This document shows positions 18,115 through 26,826 of a stretch of DNA of 61,644 bases, in pieces. The stretch comes from Oceanospirillaceae bacterium (lineage in GTDB: Bacteria; Pseudomonadota; Gammaproteobacteria; Pseudomonadales; Oceanobacteraceae). The position numbers and the translations under genes were made by a program. How positions within the stretch are numbered: position 1 is the stretch's first letter; every line of letters starts with the position of its first letter. The notes beneath the pieces are model-generated. The model searched no databases. It was not told the DNA's origin and worked only from the letters and a program-made list of their open reading frames with translations. Location: contig PAJK01000034.1 of the NCBI GenBank assembly GCA_002706025.1, forward strand, positions 21,533 through 83,176, in the 5' to 3' direction.

Positions 18115-19628
18115 ACGACTTCCTCTTCAATACGGATCACATCAGTATGACCATCAAGAAACTCCAGAGCGTAGGCCAGCTCTCCCGGGGCTTCAGCATA
18201 GAGAGTAAATAAAGGTGCCCCGCAATCGATAACGTCTCCTGACGCTACATGCAGTTCAATGCCCGCAGCCTTTGCATTTGGAGCCCCGGCCAGCGATGCC
18301 AGCTTGGCCAGAAAGCGGTTATTGAAATAAGAAACGACGCCTTTTTTCTCCGCCCGGACACAATGACGGAATTCAGCCATCTGTGGCTCATGAAATCCGC
18401 CCTGAGCCTGACAGATAGCTTCAAATTTTTGCATGGCCGCACCACTGAGCAACGTACTTTGCGCCAGCTCATAGCCCTGACCATCCGCAACTTTACCCGC
18501 CATTTCCAGCAGAATACCGGCCAGCTGTAGTGACTTTTCGCGCAGATCCTGCGGCGCGTGACCATCATTGCGCAGCACCTGTAACACATCCCGGGCTTCA
18601 AGCGCCGGGCCAATACCGCGGCCAACAGGCTGACTGCCATCACTGATAACCGTACGCACATCCAGTCCCAGCGCCTGGCCGGTTTTTTCCAGCAGGCTGC
18701 GCAGCGTCTGCGCCATTGTCTGAGAGCGGACCTTGGCCGTTGGACCAACCGGAATATCAATCAGCACCTGTTTCGATCCGGCAGCGACTTTCTTGGAAAT
18801 AACCGACGCCACCAGCTGACCTTCACTGTCGAGATCCAGCGCCCGCTCAACACGAATGATGAGATCATCGGTTGGACTCAGGCTGACCGAGCCACCCCAG
18901 GCCAGACAGGCACCCTGTTCTTTTACGACGCTCTGCATGGCATCAAAGGACAATGCTACCGGCGTCATGGCTTCCATGGTGTCTGCCGTTCCGGCCGGAG
19001 AGGTGATCGCACGGCTGGATGTTTTCGGCATCAGCAGACCGTTAGCAGCAACAATCGCTACAACAATGGGGGTTGTACGGTTACCCGGCAGACCGCCGAC
19101 ACAGTGCTTATCGAGCACCACATCACTGTGCCAGTCAAACTGCTGACCAGCAGCAACCATAGCGCGGGTAATGGCGATGGTTTCATCCAGACTCAGGCGG
19201 TCGCCGGCGCAGGCAGTCACATAGGCAGACAGCTGAATGTCACTGTACAGGCCATTGTTAATATCACGCACAATCGCGGCGGCCGATTCATCAGTAAACG
19301 CCTGACCGTAGAGCTTGCCGCGCACAAACGACATGGAATCCACAGGATGGGCGTGACGGAAGGTCGCTTTGCTGCCTTCTTCAGGACAGCCCAGACGGTG
19401 CCACGCGGCCTCTGAAAGACCGGCCTGCTGGTGGGAAAGCAGTTCATTTGAAACCAGCACCAGGGTGGCGACGACACTTTTGTCCGCAACGCTGACCTCC
19501 ACCCGGGTGTGAGCAAAAAATCCCTCAGAAATGGCAACATGACAATCCTGTCGCATATATACGACAGGTTCCTGATGGGTATTCACGCCCAAACGATGGA
19601 GATAGAGATAATCGGGATTGGATTCCAT
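18111..19628 (-). CDS. AMP/NMP phosphorylase-type member of the thymidine phosphorylase family
   Basis: About 100-aa N-terminal extension; DKHCVGGLPGN, KTSSRAITSPAGTAD and GRGIGPALEA motifs; AGGA RBS before ATG 19628. Confidence 0.88.
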   Translation of the reverse strand: MESNPDYLYLHRLGVNTHQEPVVYMRQDCHVAISEGFFAHTRVEVSVADKSVVATLVLVSNELLSHQQAGLSEAAWHRLGCPEEGSKATFRHAHPVDSMSFVRGKLYGQAFTDESAAAIVRDINNGLYSDIQLSAYVTACAGDRLSLDETIAITRAMVAAGQQFDWHSDVVLDKHCVGGLPGNRTTPIVVAIVAANGLLMPKTSSRAITSPAGTADTMEAMTPVALSFDAMQSVVKEQGACLAWGGSVSLSPTDDLIIRVERALDLDSEGQLVASVISKKVAAGSKQVLIDIPVGPTAKVRSQTMAQTLRSLLEKTGQALGLDVRTVISDGSQPVGRGIGPALEARDVLQVLRNDGHAPQDLREKSLQLAGILLEMAGKVADGQGYELAQSTLLSGAAMQKFEAICQAQGGFHEPQMAEFRHCVRAEKKGVVSYFNNRFLAKLASLAGAPNAKAAGIELHVASGDVIDCGAPLFTLYAEAPGELAYALEFLDGHTDVIRIEEEVV

Positions 19629-19653
19629 AAGCTTTCCTGATTTATGAAGCAAA

Positions 19654-19723
19654 AGTGTAGAAGTCTGGCCGCTTAACCGCCTTGCGGTAAATCAACCAAG
19701 CTTCAGACTCTGTTTCCCAAAGT
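19654..19723. promoter_or_regulatory. Divergent promoter with FNR/ANR-type box
   Basis: TTGCG-GTAA-ATCAA (19682-19695); minus-strand -10 TACACT at 19659-19654 puts the box centre at -41.5; plus-strand CAAAGT (19718-19723) is at the mirror position. Confidence 0.65.
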
Positions 19724-19787
19724 GAAACGGGTCTGCCAAACTGCAGTCAGATGTGCATTATCCTTCAGAAGTTTCAGGAGTTACACC

Positions 19788-21155
19788 ATGCAAGCCCCAT
19801 TTCAGGTTCAGTTCATTGGCGCCACCGGAACCGTTACCGGCTCCAAATATCTGGTGAAATACGACCGCTATAAGATTCTTATCGACTGCGGCCTGTTTCA
19901 GGGGATTAAAAATGTGCGTAAGCGCAACTGGGCCGAATTGCCGTTTGCCGTTGAGGCACTGGATGCTTTATTGCTTACCCATGCCCATATAGATCACTCC
20001 GGTTATTTACCCGCACTGATGAAACAGGGCTTCCATGGTCCGGTTTACTGTTCAGAAGGAACACATGCTTTATGCAAAGTATTACTGCCGGATGCCGGTT
20101 ACCTGCAGGAAGAAGATGCCAAATACGCGAACCGTAAGCGCTTCTCCAAACACGATCCGGCAGAGCCTCTGTACACCGAAGAAGATGCCCGTAAAGTACT
20201 CAAACAATTTAAACACCAGCAGGCCGGAGAAGTACAGGAATTACCTGGCGGTATGACGGCAACATTTACTCCGGTGGGACATATTCTTGGCGCCAGCGCA
20301 ATTCGTCTGGAATATCAGGGAAAGAGCATCACCTTCAGTGGCGATGTCGGGCGCAGCAACGACATAATCATGTACCCGCCAAAACCGCTGGCCGCCACCG
20401 ACTATCTGGTGGTGGAATCTACCTACGGTGACCGTCGCCATGAAGAAATTGATGCCGAAGCGGCAATCGCAGACATCATTAACCGCACGGCCAAACGGGG
20501 CGGAATTGTATTAATGCCGGCATTTGCCGTGGGTCGTGCGCAGCTGGTCCTGCATATTCTGCAGAAACTGCTGGCAGAAAAACGCATTCCGACTATGCCC
20601 ATTTACCTCAACAGCCCAATGGCGATCCGCGCCACGGAAATTTTCTTTGACTTACATGAATCGCACAAATTAACCAAAGAAGACTGTGAGCGCATGGATG
20701 CGATTACCCACTACGTAAAAACGGTGGAAGAATCCATTGAGCTTAACAGCCGTAAATTTCCGTCGGTCATTATTTCCGCCAGCGGTATGGCCAGTGGCGG
20801 CCGTGTTCTGCACCATTTAAAAACCCTGATCAGTGATCCGAAAAACTCCGTGCTGTTTCTTGGTTATCAGGCTGCCGGCACCCGCGGAGACTCGCTTACA
20901 CATGGAGCCGAGCATATTAAAATTCACGGTGAGTACTATCCCGTAAAAGCAGAAGTTGCAAACCTGCAGGCGTTATCGAGCCATGGTGATTACGTCGAAA
21001 TCAGTGACTGGCTGAAGAAAATGCCAGGCCGCCCGAAGAAAGTCTTTGTTACTCACGGTGAAGCTTCCGCGGCTGACGCGATGCGCCGCCATTTACATGA
21101 CGAATTCCACTGGGATGTGGAAGTGCCGGAATACCTGGATATCGCCCTGCTCTGA
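19788..21155 (+). CDS. MBL-fold beta-CASP ribonuclease (YSH1/CPSF73-like)
   Basis: LIDCG, THAHIDHSG, SGDVG, ASGMASGGR, LSSHGD and VTHGE motifs; CAGGAG RBS. Confidence 0.9.
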   Translation: MQAPFQVQFIGATGTVTGSKYLVKYDRYKILIDCGLFQGIKNVRKRNWAELPFAVEALDALLLTHAHIDHSGYLPALMKQGFHGPVYCSEGTHALCKVLLPDAGYLQEEDAKYANRKRFSKHDPAEPLYTEEDARKVLKQFKHQQAGEVQELPGGMTATFTPVGHILGASAIRLEYQGKSITFSGDVGRSNDIIMYPPKPLAATDYLVVESTYGDRRHEEIDAEAAIADIINRTAKRGGIVLMPAFAVGRAQLVLHILQKLLAEKRIPTMPIYLNSPMAIRATEIFFDLHESHKLTKEDCERMDAITHYVKTVEESIELNSRKFPSVIISASGMASGGRVLHHLKTLISDPKNSVLFLGYQAAGTRGDSLTHGAEHIKIHGEYYPVKAEVANLQALSSHGDYVEISDWLKKMPGRPKKVFVTHGEASAADAMRRHLHDEFHWDVEVPEYLDIALL

Positions 21156-21180
21156 CAGCGCTGAAAATGTAAGGCAGATT

Positions 21181-22044
21181 ATGACAGACATAAAAACGCT
21201 CAGACTGTTTCAGGTGGATGCTTTTATCCGCCCGGCGCAGCGTATCGCCAATAGTGGAGTAATATTCTCCGGTAATCCGGCAGCAGTCGTGCCGCTGGAA
21301 CAATGGCTTCCTGATCAACTGATGCAGGCCATCGCAGCGGAGAATAATCTGTCTGAAACTGCATTTTTTACCGGCTCAGACGGCCACTACCATATTCGCT
21401 GGTTTACCCCCGAAACCGAAGTGGATTTATGTGGCCACGCCACTCTGGCATCTGCCTGGGTCATTGCACAACAACTTCAGGACCAGAATAGCGAATACAG
21501 ATTCACCACAGAAAGCGCAGGCGATCTGAGCGTTGTTGTAAGCGGCGAGCCATCTGATCCTCTGCTTGAACTTAACTTTCCTCAGCGGGTACCGGAAACT
21601 CTGGATGACGCTCAGTTAAAGAAAGAACTGAGCATTGCTCTTGGCCAGAATGTTGTCGCGCTGAGCAGCAGCCGTGATCTTGTGGTAGAACTTGAAAATG
21701 CAGAGGCGGTCATTGGCTGCATCCCTGATATGCACCGCATTGCTGAGCTGACATCAAAGTGGTTTGCGGTGATCATTACCGCCCGCTATGAAACACCTGA
21801 GTATGACTTCGTCAGTCGTTTTTTTGCGCCGTTGCAGGGAATAGCCGAAGACCCGGTGACGGGTTCGTCATTCTGCAGTCTTGCGCCCTACTGGGCTGAG
21901 AAGTTGAGTATCAGCCAGCTGAAAGCCTGGCAATGTTCAGCCCGTGGCGGCGATGCCGAACTGGAGATTCACGACGACAGGGTTAAAATCCGCGGACGCT
22001 GTTTTTCGTACCTGAGTGGTAACATTAACCTGCCAGCCAGTTGA
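21181..22044 (+). CDS. PhzF family epimerase/isomerase
   Basis: GNPAAV, NLSETAF, EVDLCGHATL and EDPVTGS motifs. Confidence 0.92.
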   Translation: MTDIKTLRLFQVDAFIRPAQRIANSGVIFSGNPAAVVPLEQWLPDQLMQAIAAENNLSETAFFTGSDGHYHIRWFTPETEVDLCGHATLASAWVIAQQLQDQNSEYRFTTESAGDLSVVVSGEPSDPLLELNFPQRVPETLDDAQLKKELSIALGQNVVALSSSRDLVVELENAEAVIGCIPDMHRIAELTSKWFAVIITARYETPEYDFVSRFFAPLQGIAEDPVTGSSFCSLAPYWAEKLSISQLKAWQCSARGGDAELEIHDDRVKIRGRCFSYLSGNINLPAS

Positions 22045-22051
22045 AACGATT

Positions 22052-22867
22052 TCAAAAATCCGTCCGCCACTGCAAAAGATAACGGTGAGACTGGGTACGA
22101 CTTTCAGGCTCATAGAAGGAGAGCGTACCGGCACTACCTCGCTCTGATGCCGCAGCCCAGCCATTGCGGAATCGGTAAGACAGCGACAGCTCGCTGGAGC
22201 GCCAGCTCAGCAGTGGATATTCTGCAGACAGCCACCATTCGTGGCCATCAGCCAGATCAACATCCGCCTTGCCGTAACCATAGTCAGTGAAATCCACCTC
22301 CAGCTCTCCGTTAAACAGCAGACGGTACCCACCCTTAACCTGCAGAAGGCGGTCGATGAAAACGACATCGTAGCCAAGACCAGCGGACACGAATAACCAT
22401 TGATAGTATTCATCCAGCGCACCGGTAATATTGTTGGCGCGAATCATACGCTGCCAATCGGTTTTACCAGCAGATAACAGTAAAGCTGGAATATAGCCAT
22501 CAGCATGGGTAAATGCCCCAACTTCATAGCTGCGGAAATTTTCATCCGTGGTTGTTCTGGAAGGCACACCCGACTGACTCTCGCCAATATACTGCAGTGA
22601 ATCATAAGAGCGATGAAAACCAACACGCCAGCTGACCGCCTGCGTCACAGGGCCTGCTACGGAGACACTCAGGCTCTTCATCCAGCCAACTTCCCGGTCC
22701 AGCTCACGGCCACGCTGGTCGTACTCATGATACGACATACGTTCAACACCAAAGCCTGCTACCAGCTGATAAGAAGAAACTTCATCCTGCTCAGCATAAA
22801 CGGCACAGCAGAAGACACTGCTCAGAAGCAGAAGCACGAAGCGGTTGTTACAAGTGTATGCAGACAT
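22052..22867 (-). CDS. Outer-membrane beta-barrel protein of unknown function
   Basis: Sec signal (AVYA|EQ), alternating amphipathic strands rich in Y/W/F, C-terminal QWRTDF. Confidence 0.7.
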   Translation of the reverse strand: MSAYTCNNRFVLLLLSSVFCCAVYAEQDEVSSYQLVAGFGVERMSYHEYDQRGRELDREVGWMKSLSVSVAGPVTQAVSWRVGFHRSYDSLQYIGESQSGVPSRTTTDENFRSYEVGAFTHADGYIPALLLSAGKTDWQRMIRANNITGALDEYYQWLFVSAGLGYDVVFIDRLLQVKGGYRLLFNGELEVDFTDYGYGKADVDLADGHEWWLSAEYPLLSWRSSELSLSYRFRNGWAAASERGSAGTLSFYEPESRTQSHRYLLQWRTDF

Positions 22868-23138
22868 CGTCTCTCTTTTATCCTTTGCCTTCTACTTTCT
22901 GACTTTAATCCTAAGCTTTTTAAAAAATAAGAAGCGACTGATTTCTTAAAACTACTCATCAATCACAGGCTCAAGGTTAATCATTACTGAAAACGGCCAA
23001 GTATTGATCAGAGCCGTGGCTTCCGTTTTATACCATATTTCCGCCGTGAATCTTTACAGCAATCAACGCAGGACTTAACCAGAGCACAGCACTGAAGCCC
23101 CATGCAAAAGAAAAAACATAAAGCACTTATCTCTGCGC

Positions 23139-23168
23139 AAAAAAATGGGGCTGCAATGCAGCCCCATT
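23139..23168 (-). terminator. Intrinsic terminator after lipoprotein 5
   Basis: AATGGGGCTGC-AAT-GCAGCCCCATT with U-tract on minus. Confidence 0.85.
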
Positions 23169-23192
23169 AATGCAATGAAGGTAATCGCCCGC

Positions 23193-24170
23193 TTACAGAG
23201 CAACACCGTCCAGTACGATAGTCGGTTCGTTACCACAACCGCTGAAAGTGACGCTCAATTCAGTGCCGTCATCATCGGTAAGCACGATGCTGCCACTGCC
23301 AATGCTGCCATCGCTACAGATGCTGATATTGCTGGCATCCAGTGTTACTGAACCGTATTCAGGATGGTAGAAGGTTGCTTCAACAGAGTACTGACCATCA
23401 ATAGAGCTTACGCTCGCATCACTCACCTGGTAAGTGGTACCGTCAGAGCCCACGAACTGGTCGTAGTAGGTACAGTCGTAGTTGCTGTTGCACGTCATTG
23501 AACCTGTGATGCGCACAGTCTCGCCATTCATTGTGTAGGTCAGATTCCAGGATGAATAAGACAGCTCGTATGATTGGCTATCTGATTCAATAACATAGGT
23601 ACCGTTAACAGTTTCAGTGATGCCCTCATAGGTGTACTGGAGGTTGTTGTAACGCAGAGTAGTACGTGTGGTGGAACCGCTGGTCGAGCTGGTAGCGTCC
23701 ACAGTACCGTTCATAGTCATACTGTATTCACAGTAGTCATTATAAGTAATAGTAAAGTCATTTTCGGAGCCGGAGTAATTAACAGAACCACCACAGCTAC
23801 CAGCGACGGTTTCGTCCACTGCCACAGGCATAGACAAGCTGCTCTGTTCAAAGCCAGCAACCGTTTCTGCGGTAATATCCAGCACAGTCTTCACTGCTGT
23901 AGAGTCTGCTGCTGCTAAAATACCGGTCGGAAGGTTGCCGACATCGGCACCGGATTCATCGCTTTCAATCAGATCACTGACGATCTCACTGGAGCTGGAA
24001 GCAAAATCAGAACTGTTATCGGTATCAAAACTGGCTGGCGTTGTGACACCATCGTACTCAACGATATCATCATCAGAACCGGAAGAGCTGCCGCCGCCTC
24101 CACCACCGCCGCCACACGCGGTAAGTACACCAGTCACTGCAAGTAATAAAAGATAATTATATTTTGACAT
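23193..24170 (-). CDS. Acidic Ser/Thr-rich lipoprotein (array paralog 5)
   Basis: Lipobox VLTA|C, Gly/Ser linker, GSCGG..YNDYC and C..DGS..G....TFSGC motifs; GGAG RBS before ATG 24170. Confidence 0.85.
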   Translation of the reverse strand: MSKYNYLLLLAVTGVLTACGGGGGGGGSSSGSDDDIVEYDGVTTPASFDTDNSSDFASSSSEIVSDLIESDESGADVGNLPTGILAAADSTAVKTVLDITAETVAGFEQSSLSMPVAVDETVAGSCGGSVNYSGSENDFTITYNDYCEYSMTMNGTVDATSSTSGSTTRTTLRYNNLQYTYEGITETVNGTYVIESDSQSYELSYSSWNLTYTMNGETVRITGSMTCNSNYDCTYYDQFVGSDGTTYQVSDASVSSIDGQYSVEATFYHPEYGSVTLDASNISICSDGSIGSGSIVLTDDDGTELSVTFSGCGNEPTIVLDGVAL

Positions 24171-24578
24171 TTTTTGTCTCCATGACAATACGAGGGCTTA
24201 GGCCGGGCAATATCCAGCAAATTGAATATACAACAGACATATTCCCAACACACCTCTGATTACACGATCAACATCATATTTTTACGCTGGGTAACAATTA
24301 ATTTGATATCTGTCATTCTGTGGCAGGAAATAACCCTGACTACGATAACAAATGAATTACAGATCCGACAGAAAGGCTGTCTGAGATTGTATGTAGCAGC
24401 ACTTTTAAAAATTCAGGTATTATTAATTTTATCATTACTTAATAACAACATAGTTATTAAGTAATAACTACTGAAATATACGTCGCGCACACGCTCTTTT
24501 CATACTTCAAAAATCTGACGCGAAACCTTGCGCAATGATTCGCCCGCTGACATCTGCTATTTGCTGCAAAACCCGTCT

Positions 24579-24593
24579 TTGACTAAGAGTCAA
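24579..24593. promoter_or_regulatory. Perfect palindrome TTGACT-AAG-AGTCAA
   Basis: Directly readable; partial copy TGACTAAG at 24623-24630. Confidence 0.45.
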
Positions 24594-24819
24594 TTATATG
24601 TCCTTATTGAGCGCCATATTTATGACTAAGGAATCAATGGTTGATCTGAGCTATAGTCTCTGTAGTGCCGTACACGGGTTTCATACTCAGCAGATGGTGA
24701 GCATTGCTCAGTAAAGATCAGTACAGAACAATTGCAGCCAGCACAGAGCAGTACTTATAACGCTTACATGAACAGAAGCCGCATCTAAGAGCGGGCGAAG
24801 AGCGGGTGACCAACAGAGA

Positions 24820-25128
24820 ATGAACGTCCTTCCAGGCAGTGTAATCTCAACAGCTTATGTCGATAACGCCAGCAGGAAACCTGCGTACGGTGACAGGCTG
24901 CCTGAGGAAGAGAACCAGGGTTCTCGTGAGCCATATGAGACCATCAGCAAGCCCCAGACCGTCGCCGAATACATTCCTGCCTACCCTGACGACACCGAGC
25001 TACAGCAGTACCGGGAACGCCAAAACCAGAACGAAAGTACAAATAATTTCAGTAAAACATTTATGGCGTTTTCTTCCGATATGCCCGACACCAACAGCAA
25101 GGGACGATTCGTTGATATCACAGTCTGA
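24820..25128 (+). CDS. Hypothetical 102-aa hydrophilic protein
   Basis: AGAG upstream of ATG, followed by a terminator; ends GRFVDITV. Confidence 0.55.
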   Translation: MNVLPGSVISTAYVDNASRKPAYGDRLPEEENQGSREPYETISKPQTVAEYIPAYPDDTELQQYRERQNQNESTNNFSKTFMAFSSDMPDTNSKGRFVDITV

Positions 25129-25162
25129 TAAAGGGATTTAAATCGAAGATAAAAACAGGAAG

Positions 25163-25195
25163 GAAAAGGGTCAGCAGTCCGCGCTGGCCCTTTTC
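25163..25195. terminator. Bidirectional terminator
   Basis: GAAAAGGGTCAGC...GCTGGCCCTTTTC between convergent genes. Confidence 0.75.
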
Positions 25196-25300
25196 TGTTT
25201 CATTTCCATTTTCTGTTTTAACTCTGCTCTGGTGCGCTTCTGCAACATTCCCTGCACCCATCCCTGCACCAAATAACACAACAGCAAAGAAGCTTTTCTG

Positions 25301-26461
25301 TTACCGGACTGCCGGCACAAGCTCCAATGAGTAGTCGTTGCAGCCATTAACGGTAACCCGCCAGGTGTCTCCAGAGCCTGTCATCGTGAACTGGCCAGAG
25401 CGCAGACCGGGTTCATCAAGGCACCGCTGCACACTGCGTTCAACAGCATAAGCCACCCGGCCAAAATCAGACAGATCAACCGCCCCCTGCTGCCAGCGAT
25501 AAACCTGGCCTCCCGCGGAGTAAAGTATATCCGTCTGAGCTGAATCATCTGAATCAAAGAATACCGTGGACTCCAGCAGGTGATTGCCGGCAATGACCTG
25601 TTCATTCACGACTCTGCGGTTACGATAACGAACGTCCCGGCCTGCAGTGCTACCGGATACCGTTGAGACATGAGACTCACCTTCCACCCTCAGACGGGCC
25701 TGATCGCCGTTATCGTCGATAGTAAAGTCACCAGAGAACTCTGCACTGCGAACCCGGTCGTTGTACGCCGGCATAACACCGTTATCGGTATAGGAATGAT
25801 CTGAATAAACAACATTTCCGCTGCCATCGAAAAAGACGCTGTCGTCGCAGAAACCAGTGAATACAACACCGGTATCTGTGTCCAGCTCCACTCTGTCTAT
25901 GCCGGCAGCTTCAGGCGCACTATGCTGATAATCCGCTGTAATCTGTACCGTACCGCCGCAGTCGCCAGGCTGGTTATCGCTGTATTGACTGTCTATAGCA
26001 GAAGATGGCGATGATACTGACGGCGCCAAACCCAAAAATACCGCCTGTTCAATAAATGGCAGATAATCCAGATTATTAACAAAAGCAGTCATACTGACGA
26101 TTTCCGGATCATAAATGATCTGAGAGTGTTGATAGTAATGATCGGATAGAGACTGCAGATACAGAAACTCTGCGACCTGCTCAGCGATCGCTGAGCTGTT
26201 GTCGCTGTTCAGTGCGGCTGGCGTACTATCGCCGGTAAACGTCAGGGTACGTACTTCCGGCACAGATGAATCACCGTTGCCTGTATTGCCGTTACCTGGA
26301 TCGCCGTTGTTGCCATCATCCGGATTAGCAGCGATATCTGTATCTGCACCACCGGAAGAAGCACCACCGCCTCCTCCGCCACCACACCCCGTCATCAACA
26401 AAGAAACGCTGGCGACAGCAATAAAAGAGAGAGACTTCAGACTGCTTATACTACTTCCCAT
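25301..26461 (-). CDS. Acidic lipoprotein (array paralog 4)
   Basis: Lipobox LMTG|C, poly-Gly linker, GDCGG..FTGFC and C-terminal C.....G....TVNGC. Confidence 0.85.
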   Translation of the reverse strand: MGSSISSLKSLSFIAVASVSLLMTGCGGGGGGGASSGGADTDIAANPDDGNNGDPGNGNTGNGDSSVPEVRTLTFTGDSTPAALNSDNSSAIAEQVAEFLYLQSLSDHYYQHSQIIYDPEIVSMTAFVNNLDYLPFIEQAVFLGLAPSVSSPSSAIDSQYSDNQPGDCGGTVQITADYQHSAPEAAGIDRVELDTDTGVVFTGFCDDSVFFDGSGNVVYSDHSYTDNGVMPAYNDRVRSAEFSGDFTIDDNGDQARLRVEGESHVSTVSGSTAGRDVRYRNRRVVNEQVIAGNHLLESTVFFDSDDSAQTDILYSAGGQVYRWQQGAVDLSDFGRVAYAVERSVQRCLDEPGLRSGQFTMTGSGDTWRVTVNGCNDYSLELVPAVR

Positions 26462-26560
26462 CTTATATCCTTAATTGTTCTGTATTGCTTAAGAATTTCG
26501 GTATATCTATTCGATTATCCCAATTAAACACAACCGGATAATTGGCATGACCAATTGTAT

Positions 26561-26588
26561 TTAAAACCGAACAATTGTTTGGTTTTAA
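26561..26588. promoter_or_regulatory. 28-bp near-perfect palindrome
   Basis: TTAAAACCGAACAATTGTTTGGTTTTAA, one mismatched pair, 100 bp upstream of paralog 4. Confidence 0.6.
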
Positions 26589-26778
26589 CTTCAAATTAAC
26601 TAATGAAACCTAGCGAATCAAATGAAATTCGTAAAGTTAAATATCCGAAAAAGATTTAAATAATGGATATCAAACAACTGCACTTAAACTTTCGAAAGGA
26701 TAAAGGCAAGAGGAAAGAAGTCGTTCAGGCAATCAATGTATAGAGATGATTATCTTTTCTTTATTCACTATCAGTAAT

Positions 26779-26815
26779 AATGGGATAACGAAGAATTCTT
26801 CTTCGCTATCCCATT
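26779..26815 (-). terminator. Hairpin after lipoprotein 3
   Basis: 17-bp stem AATGGGATAACGAAGAA / TTCTTCGCTATCCCATT with one G-U pair on minus. Confidence 0.7.
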
Positions 26816-26826
26816 CAATAATCAGC

